Virus record (IMG/VR): IMGVR_UViG_3300031954_000029
Location: 1-39,770 of that record
Strand: one strand, 5' to 3'
DNA: 39,770 bases
Origin: a virus
Lineage: Duplodnaviria; Caudoviricetes
The translations under genes and the position numbers were made by a program. The notes below the pieces were generated by a model, which had not been told where the DNA came from, did no database searches, and saw nothing but the letters and a program-made list of their open reading frames with translations. Shown here one piece after another: positions 34,456 to 39,770 of this stretch (position 1 is the first letter of the stretch; each line of letters opens with the position of its first letter).

Positions 34456-34725
34456 GTGTCGATCCCGTTTTCTACTGCACAGTTTGAGAAAAAACCCAAC
34501 CCAAAAATGCCGGCGACGACGGTTCGTCTGGACAAGCTCGACGCCACTCAGTTGAAGCTGGACCCCAAGAAGGTGCAGAGCATCGCCCAGAAGGGTGCTG
34601 CTGACGGCACCGACCCCGTGGTGGCGAAGCACAACGGCAGGTACAAGGTCTTGGACGGCCACCATCGGGTGGGTGGGGCCATCGAGCGGGGTGACACCAA
34701 GATCCGAGTCAGGCGGGTCAAGTGA
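34456..34725 (+). CDS. ParB/Srx-like domain protein with QF leader
   Basis: L.ATQ..L...KV..I...DPVV....G.Y.VLDGHHR..A...G...I.V; begins MSIPFSTAQF. Confidence 0.75.
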   Translation: MSIPFSTAQFEKKPNPKMPATTVRLDKLDATQLKLDPKKVQSIAQKGAADGTDPVVAKHNGRYKVLDGHHRVGGAIERGDTKIRVRRVK

Positions 34726-34964
34726 TGGCGCGCACTTCTGGCCGCAGCCGCATATATGAGAGGGAAGTGGCTAGAACCCCCAAGGCCACCAACATCAGCC
34801 AGTTCTACGACTCAGCCAACGGCTCTCGCAACCCTGGCATCTGGCCCAGCCTGCTGCGGCGCTCCTGGGAGATGCGCCACGGGCAGACTTACCCCTACCC
34901 CCACGGCCAGGACAACTGGAAGCTGCGCCCCAGTGACGCCAGAGCCGGCCAGTACAACTCATGA
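34725..34964 (+). CDS. hypothetical protein
   Basis: TGATG and ATGA overlaps. Confidence 0.55.
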   Translation: MARTSGRSRIYEREVARTPKATNISQFYDSANGSRNPGIWPSLLRRSWEMRHGQTYPYPHGQDNWKLRPSDARAGQYNS

Positions 34965-35404
34965 GCCAGAGCGTTCTGGGCCGGCAGTGGTTCCACGGCA
35001 CTGATGTCGACCTAGGCGAGGCCACCCACGTCGAGCCGGGTCATGGTGGCGGTGAGGCCAGCAAGTTCTTCGGAGGCGGGCAGACATCGGGGCGGGTCTA
35101 CGCCGCTACCACCGCGGAGGGAGCCGCCCGCTACGGCCAGCACGTCTACCAAGTTCAGCCGGCGAGAGGCTCCAGGGGCAGGGAGGACACCGACGCCACC
35201 TACATGTTCGGGAAGGAGGGTCACCCTGGCATCGGGGCTGCTTCCTTCAAGTCGCCCATGAAGATTATGGGCAAGGTGGAAGGTGCTACCTATGCGCCCG
35301 TGATCCCCCACCAGGAGCGGCTGGAGAACCTGCGCTGGCTGCGAGACCAGGGCCACGAGATCTCGCCTGAGGGCCAGGAGTTCCTGAGGCAGCACGGGCC
35401 ATGA
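34961..35404 (+). CDS. ADP-ribosyltransferase-like protein (Arr-like fold)
   Basis: WFHGT..DL.....EPG...RVYA.T...A..YG.HVY.V.P...ED.D...SFKSPMKIMGKV parallels Arr-family motifs; leader MSQSVLGRQWF. Confidence 0.65.
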   Translation: MSQSVLGRQWFHGTDVDLGEATHVEPGHGGGEASKFFGGGQTSGRVYAATTAEGAARYGQHVYQVQPARGSRGREDTDATYMFGKEGHPGIGAASFKSPMKIMGKVEGATYAPVIPHQERLENLRWLRDQGHEISPEGQEFLRQHGP

Positions 35405-35922
35405 GCGTGGCTTTTATCACCGTCGAGGGCGTGCTCGGGGATCACAGCGTCCTCCATGGCTTCTATCCCATCGTGGACGGGGTCAAGCTGGCCCACGCCC
35501 TGGGCACGGGCTATCGCCTGGTCTTCGGCACTGTCCAGGCTGACCAGGCCGCGGTGACCCACTGGCTCTATATCAACGGCATGACTCAGCCGCACTTCTA
35601 TCAGGATCTCTTGACCAGGGAGGCGAGATGGACCGACCTGTCCGACTCTTATCTGCGCGCAGAGCACGCCGCTCACCTGAGGCGAGTTGGGGCTGACCTG
35701 GGCCTGGTGGTGTCGGCTGACCCGGCCACGATCCTCCTGGTGAGTGAGCTAGGCGTGCCGGCGCTGCTGTTCACCAACCCGGCCTACCGATGGGGCGAGT
35801 ACCGCCCTGACCGTAAGAGGTTGCCCAAGCCATGGCAGGACATCGATGACGAGATGGTTCGTCAGATGGAGCTAAGGGCCGGCGACCCCCGGCTCAAGGA
35901 GTACGAAGGAGAGCAAGTATGA
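35401..35922 (+). CDS. HAD-like fold protein (degenerate motif I)
   Basis: FITVEGVL in place of DxDGVL; LVVSADP......ELGVPALLF.NP.Y. Confidence 0.5.
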   Translation: MSVAFITVEGVLGDHSVLHGFYPIVDGVKLAHALGTGYRLVFGTVQADQAAVTHWLYINGMTQPHFYQDLLTREARWTDLSDSYLRAEHAAHLRRVGADLGLVVSADPATILLVSELGVPALLFTNPAYRWGEYRPDRKRLPKPWQDIDDEMVRQMELRAGDPRLKEYEGEQV

Positions 35923-36137
35923 GTGCAGGAGCACTGTCTAACAAGCAGTTCAATACGGAGCGGTCAATGCTCTCCCAAGGTAATGACGATGAGATGATGA
36001 CACGGGTTAGAGGTATCCAGAACATGACCTCTAACATCTATCGGCCTAGCTTCTCTCAGGACTTTACACAGGTCCGTTCGATGCCATCTGGCACCCAGTT
36101 TGCCGGCAGTGGCGGTGGGAGTGACGAGGGGGAGTAA
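35919..36137 (+). CDS. small protein with ALSxxQF leader
   Basis: AGGAGAG RBS; MSAGALSNKQF. Confidence 0.65.
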   Translation: MSAGALSNKQFNTERSMLSQGNDDEMMTRVRGIQNMTSNIYRPSFSQDFTQVRSMPSGTQFAGSGGGSDEGE

Positions 36138-36620
36138 GTGAGCCAGGAAGCCCCCTGGGGATGGGATTCATACACCCACGTTGAAGTCATCCCCAAGCCA
36201 CCTCCCACCAGATGGCACTGGCGCATTGGCCCAGTCACCGAGAAGCTGTTCAAACCAGAGCCTGGTCCCCCAGGACACCCCCCAACAGGAAGCGAGGACG
36301 TAACCGTGCAACTGACCGCTGACCAGCAGGTCGAACTCTCTATCACCGGACAGGACAACTATGGCAACCCTGTCGAGATCACTGGCAACACCCAGTGGTT
36401 GTCGTCGGACGAAACCATCGTGACGCTCACCGTCCACGACCCCTCTCACGCCACGGCGGTAGCTGTCGGCCCGGTGGGATCCGCGGCGGTGAAGGTCACC
36501 AACGATGTCAACAACGACGGGACCGGTGACTACATCGGCTCGCTGGCCGTTGACGTGGTGGCTGGCGTGATGACTGAGATCGCCGTCGTGGCTGGTACAC
36601 CGGAGGACAAGCCGGCCTGA
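36138..36620 (+). CDS. Ig-like (Big_2-type) domain protein
   Basis: D.YGNPV......WLSSDETIVTL......ATAVAVG..GSA.V.VT. Confidence 0.65.
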   Translation: MSQEAPWGWDSYTHVEVIPKPPPTRWHWRIGPVTEKLFKPEPGPPGHPPTGSEDVTVQLTADQQVELSITGQDNYGNPVEITGNTQWLSSDETIVTLTVHDPSHATAVAVGPVGSAAVKVTNDVNNDGTGDYIGSLAVDVVAGVMTEIAVVAGTPEDKPA

Positions 36621-36621
36621 C

Positions 36622-36792
36622 ATGAGCCAGCGGGCACTCAGTCCTGAGCAGTTCGCCGGCTATACGGACCTGCGCGAGCACGTTGAGGGAGAGCATGGCT
36701 ACCAGCCCTGGGGCCAGCTTCACCCTGGAGGTACGGTGCTTCGCCAGGCGCACGAGGAGCTACATCGTGAGCCATCTAGCCCTAAGTCCTGA
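36622..36792 (+). CDS. 56-aa His-rich protein with ALSxxQF leader
   Basis: Not in ORF track: MSQRALSPEQFAGYTDLREHVEGEHGYQPWGQLHPGGTVLRQAHEELHREPSSPKS; starts 1 nt after the previous stop. Confidence 0.7.
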   Translation: MSQRALSPEQFAGYTDLREHVEGEHGYQPWGQLHPGGTVLRQAHEELHREPSSPKS

Positions 36793-37117
36793 CCAGTTCC
36801 AGTTCACCAAGGCCAGTCCTGGGAGTATGGGCAAAGACCTTGACGAGTACCATCGGCTCGATGTCCTGGGTACCGGCAGCAGCATGCTCTGGCATCACAA
36901 GACCGGCGTGATCGGCAATATCGGGGTGCCAGAAGATCTCCAGCGCCGCGGTGTCGCTACCCAGATGTGGCAGGAGGGCCATCGTATTGCCGGCGAGACC
37001 AGGGGCGTGCGACCTCCCCGGCACTCGACTGATCGGACCAAGGCCGGCGACGCCTGGGCGCGCTCGGTCAGCAAGCGAGTGCCCAAGCTGCGGGCCTGGC
37101 CTGAGCCAGGTGACTGA
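36767..37117 (+). CDS. GNAT-fold acetyltransferase-like protein with ALSxxQF leader
   Basis: GTG 36767 after GAGGAG; MSHLALSPDQF; IGVPEDLQRRGVATQM matches V...QRxGxA motif A; RT.AGDAWA. Confidence 0.75.
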   Translation: MSHLALSPDQFQFTKASPGSMGKDLDEYHRLDVLGTGSSMLWHHKTGVIGNIGVPEDLQRRGVATQMWQEGHRIAGETRGVRPPRHSTDRTKAGDAWARSVSKRVPKLRAWPEPGD

Positions 37118-37578
37118 TGAGCCACGAAGCCCTGGGTGAGCAGTTTGAGGACTACCGGGGTGGGCACCAACCCAACCCTGAAGGCCCACCCATGCACGAC
37201 CTCACCCAGAAAGGCAGCATGCTGGAGGGGTCCGATGTGTACGAGCACCCGCACTACTTCGTAGGCACTGAGCACCCCCAGGAGTCCATACGCCAGATCC
37301 GGCGCTCTCGTGGCAGCCCCAACCATATGGCGACCATCTACCGGGCCGCTCCCAGGGGTGTCGGTCACATCAACCACGGCGACTGGGTGACGCTGTCAGC
37401 CGGGTACGCGGCAGAGCACGCTAAGCACCCCACCGACCCCAAACAGGACTGGCCTACGATCAAGGCCCAGGTGCCGGCACATCACGTTAAGTTTGCCGGC
37501 GACGACCTTAATGAGTTCGGCTATTACGGTCCATCGACCGCAGCCCAGGTGCATAGAGACCCACTTCAGGAGTCATGA
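37117..37578 (+). CDS. ADP-ribosyltransferase-like protein (R-S-E-type pattern) with ALGEQF leader
   Basis: TIYRA...INHGDWVTLS..YA.EHA...I.AQVPA..V...GDDLNEFGY. Confidence 0.55.
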   Translation: MSHEALGEQFEDYRGGHQPNPEGPPMHDLTQKGSMLEGSDVYEHPHYFVGTEHPQESIRQIRRSRGSPNHMATIYRAAPRGVGHINHGDWVTLSAGYAAEHAKHPTDPKQDWPTIKAQVPAHHVKFAGDDLNEFGYYGPSTAAQVHRDPLQES

Positions 37579-37581
37579 ATC

Positions 37582-38007
37582 ATGAGTCGTGAAGCATTAA
37601 ACGAGGAGCAGTTCGCTTGTCCTAACTGCGGCCAGTCGCACAGCTACGACGAGGACAACAGGGTCTTCGGTAGCCAGGGCTGTGCTCAGTGTGGCCGCAC
37701 CCGCCCGTACCTGGCGCGACCCACCAAGGAAGGCACCATCGCTACCGGTACCAAACGCGGGGGCAGCCCCTCCTGGATGGACCCCAAGTACACCCTGGTT
37801 CGTAAGGAAGGCAACGTCCATAAGGCACTGGCCTTGGAAGGCCCCAGCACAGGCCAGTACATTCATGGCGAGGGCCGCACCGCTCAGGGGGCCATCAACG
37901 ATGTCATGGGCCAGATGGCGAAAAAGCAGGGTGCCAAGTGGTGGCCCACCACGTCGGCCTGGCATAACGAGGTCGACAAGCGCAACCGGGAGATCGAAGG
38001 ATGGTAG
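37582..38007 (+). CDS. Zn-ribbon protein with ALNxxQF leader
   Basis: MSREALNEEQF followed by CPNC...CAQC. Confidence 0.65.
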   Translation: MSREALNEEQFACPNCGQSHSYDEDNRVFGSQGCAQCGRTRPYLARPTKEGTIATGTKRGGSPSWMDPKYTLVRKEGNVHKALALEGPSTGQYIHGEGRTAQGAINDVMGQMAKKQGAKWWPTTSAWHNEVDKRNREIEGW

Positions 38008-39425
38008 AGCTTTACTTTGGCGGCGGGGAGGTGCCCACCTGGAGGAAGCTACTGGCTCAGGAGCATGTCCCCCACATCGGGATCAACTACCTGCACCTCC
38101 AGCCGCGGTTGCCCCAGGAGAAGCCATGGACCCTCGCCGGCCATTTCCCAGAGGATGCCAAGCTGTTCCTGGTCTCGGGAGCGAGCGGGACTGAGAAGAA
38201 GGGCTGGAGCATCGCCCAGCACGAGGAGTTCCTGGCCGGCTACTTCGACTTCGTCAGGCGCAACGTCGACCGCCTGGCCTGGTTCACCGAATACGACCCC
38301 CTGGGGCCTGGCCTGGAATGGGTCTTGGCCCAACGCCAGGTGTGGGCTGGTCTGGCGGATGAGAAGTTCGTGCCGGTGTGGCACGAGACCTGGGGTGCTC
38401 CCCTTCTACGGTCGATGGTCGAGGAGCACCCCAACCTGGGCGTGCCTCCTATCACGCCGCGAACGCAGAACGTACTGGGGGGCCTGGTCAGGCGCACGAG
38501 GATTAGCTTGCACGGGCTGTCCTTCAACCACCCCTATGATGAGCCTGGCGGTCTCTTCAGCACCATTGTCTCGTCGTCCTGGATCTCCCCCACCCGGTAC
38601 GGCGAGACAGTGGTCTGGGATCACAACCGCCTACGGCGCTACCCGGCTGACGAGAAGGAGAAGATCCGCCGCCGGCACGCCCAGGACTTCGTCTTGGCCG
38701 GCTTCGACGCCGACAAGATCCTGGCCGATGACAACCGGGAGGTGGCGAGGTACACCATCTGGGCCTGGCGACGGCTGGAGGAGAGCATGGAGGGGGCTGT
38801 GAGTTACTCACGCAGCAACGGGCATAGTCCGGATAACGGTTCGGAGCCAGTCAAGGTACTTGGTCACACTGCCCTGGAACTGCGCTCAAACGGGTCAGGC
38901 CATCGCCAGGTGATGCCGGTGTTCGACTTCCACCCGGTGACCTCTGTCGTGCCTAACCCAGACGGTGCCGGAACGGTTGAAGTCACGAGTCAGGTGGCGG
39001 TGTCATCCCAGGTCAGCGTGCGTTGCTGCGACTCGTGCTCCCTGGCGGTCGTGTGTCCTCTGCACGAGCCTGGTTCTCAGTGCAAGTACTCGATCCCCAT
39101 CGAGATCCGCAATCGTGACCAACTCTTGGGCATCCTGCACAGCCTCCTGGAGCTTCAAGGCCAGAGGATCGCCTTCGGTCGGTTCTCCGAAGAGCTTCAG
39201 GGGGGCTACCCCGACGCTAATCTCAGTGCCGAACTGGATCGCTTCATGAAGATGACCCAGAGTGTCAAGGAGATCCAGGACAACCGTGACTTCCTCAAGG
39301 TCACCGTGGAGGGGCGAGCGCAAGCCGGCGTTCTTTCAAGGCTCTTCGGCGCTGAACGGGCAGAGACCTTGCGTCGAGTCGACCCTGACCGCGCAGAGGA
39401 TGCCATCCGGCGCACGATGCAGTAG
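38001..39425 (+). CDS. TGT/DpdA-like TIM-barrel protein with C-terminal Cys cluster domain
   Basis: LYFGG, LF.VSGA, TEYD, FVPVWH, LHGL, SSSW...RYG; C-terminal CDSC....CP......C and helical tail. Confidence 0.5.
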   Translation: MVELYFGGGEVPTWRKLLAQEHVPHIGINYLHLQPRLPQEKPWTLAGHFPEDAKLFLVSGASGTEKKGWSIAQHEEFLAGYFDFVRRNVDRLAWFTEYDPLGPGLEWVLAQRQVWAGLADEKFVPVWHETWGAPLLRSMVEEHPNLGVPPITPRTQNVLGGLVRRTRISLHGLSFNHPYDEPGGLFSTIVSSSWISPTRYGETVVWDHNRLRRYPADEKEKIRRRHAQDFVLAGFDADKILADDNREVARYTIWAWRRLEESMEGAVSYSRSNGHSPDNGSEPVKVLGHTALELRSNGSGHRQVMPVFDFHPVTSVVPNPDGAGTVEVTSQVAVSSQVSVRCCDSCSLAVVCPLHEPGSQCKYSIPIEIRNRDQLLGILHSLLELQGQRIAFGRFSEELQGGYPDANLSAELDRFMKMTQSVKEIQDNRDFLKVTVEGRAQAGVLSRLFGAERAETLRRVDPDRAEDAIRRTMQ

Positions 39426-39463
39426 GACGGTCTACTGGCTGCTGTTTCTGGCGGCGACCGCGG

Positions 39464-39664
39464 TCACAGTGGTCGCGGGGTTCGCACTCGGTGTATTCCT
39501 CGCGATCTGGTTCTCCTAGGCGGGTCCATGTAGATCTGGTCGACATGGGCCACGGCCCGAATCCACTGGCCCTGGGTGCCCCGCTCGTCGCAATAGCGGC
39601 ACCAGGCCAACCAGGCGAAGTGCCTGGCTCGCCACAGCCGCCAGCGCCAGTGCAGCCACTTCAA
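39464..39664 (-). CDS. hypothetical Trp/Arg-rich protein
   Basis: TTG start overlaps the upstream stop; CRYC motif. Confidence 0.35.
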   Translation of the reverse strand: MKWLHWRWRLWRARHFAWLAWCRYCDERGTQGQWIRAVAHVDQIYMDPPRRTRSRGIHRVRTPRPL

Positions 39665-39770
39665 TCCGGTAACCGTTTTCCTTTGATCTCGGAGGAGGAC
39701 ACTGCCGCCTGGTGAAAGTAGTCAGCGATATCGAGTTGCTGCTGGTAGGTGTCAGGGTCCAGATCGTCAG
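39661..39770 (-). CDS. 3' end of a gene entering from beyond the window
   Basis: Open frame ...DDLDPDTYQQQLDIADYFHQAAVSSSEIKGKRLPD*. Confidence 0.45.
   Translation of the reverse strand, partial: DDLDPDTYQQQLDIADYFHQAAVSSSEIKGKRLPD

Noticed and set aside
34961-35404. Calling the gene arr (rifampin resistance)
   Set aside because: Only fold-level motif similarity; context argues against an antibiotic-resistance role, so no symbol assigned
39400-39519. 39-aa hydrophobic plus-strand ORF (possible TM peptide)
   Set aside because: Poor RBS spacing and conflict with an overlapping minus-strand ORF; cannot choose between them

Overview
A ~40 kb segment of a large, high-GC tailed bacteriophage with a contractile (myovirus-type) tail. 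The host is most plausibly an actinobacterium (inference from GC content, many leaderless TANNNT-n6/7-start genes, a Pup-like peptide and a CRP/GlxR box). Left to right: a partial HNH homing endonuclease; minus-strand neck genes with a GNAT-fold gene between them; a plus-strand tail operon (terminator, sheath, tube, gp26-like chaperone, tape measure with lysozyme domain, NlpC/P60 tube initiator, LysM-like protein, hub, OB-fold spike fused to collagen, four fibre genes); small structural or Ig-like genes; a block of accessory genes (TOPRIM, PC4-like, AT-hook, KTSC); and a plus-strand cluster of small proteins ending in a TGT-like gene. Best candidate for an undescribed system: about 8 otherwise unrelated small proteins (2 GNAT-like, 2 ADP-ribosyltransferase-like, ParB-like, Zn-ribbon, 2 tiny ORFs) share an N-terminal leader MSxxAL[S/N/G]xxQF, suggesting a capsid-targeting or processing signal for virion-delivered effectors. 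Also notable: a probable +1 frameshift (TTT CGT TAG) in the tail chaperone, a Pup-mimic peptide, and a recurring CTAsnnT-TGA promoter motif. All product calls come from motif recognition by eye; no database search was run.
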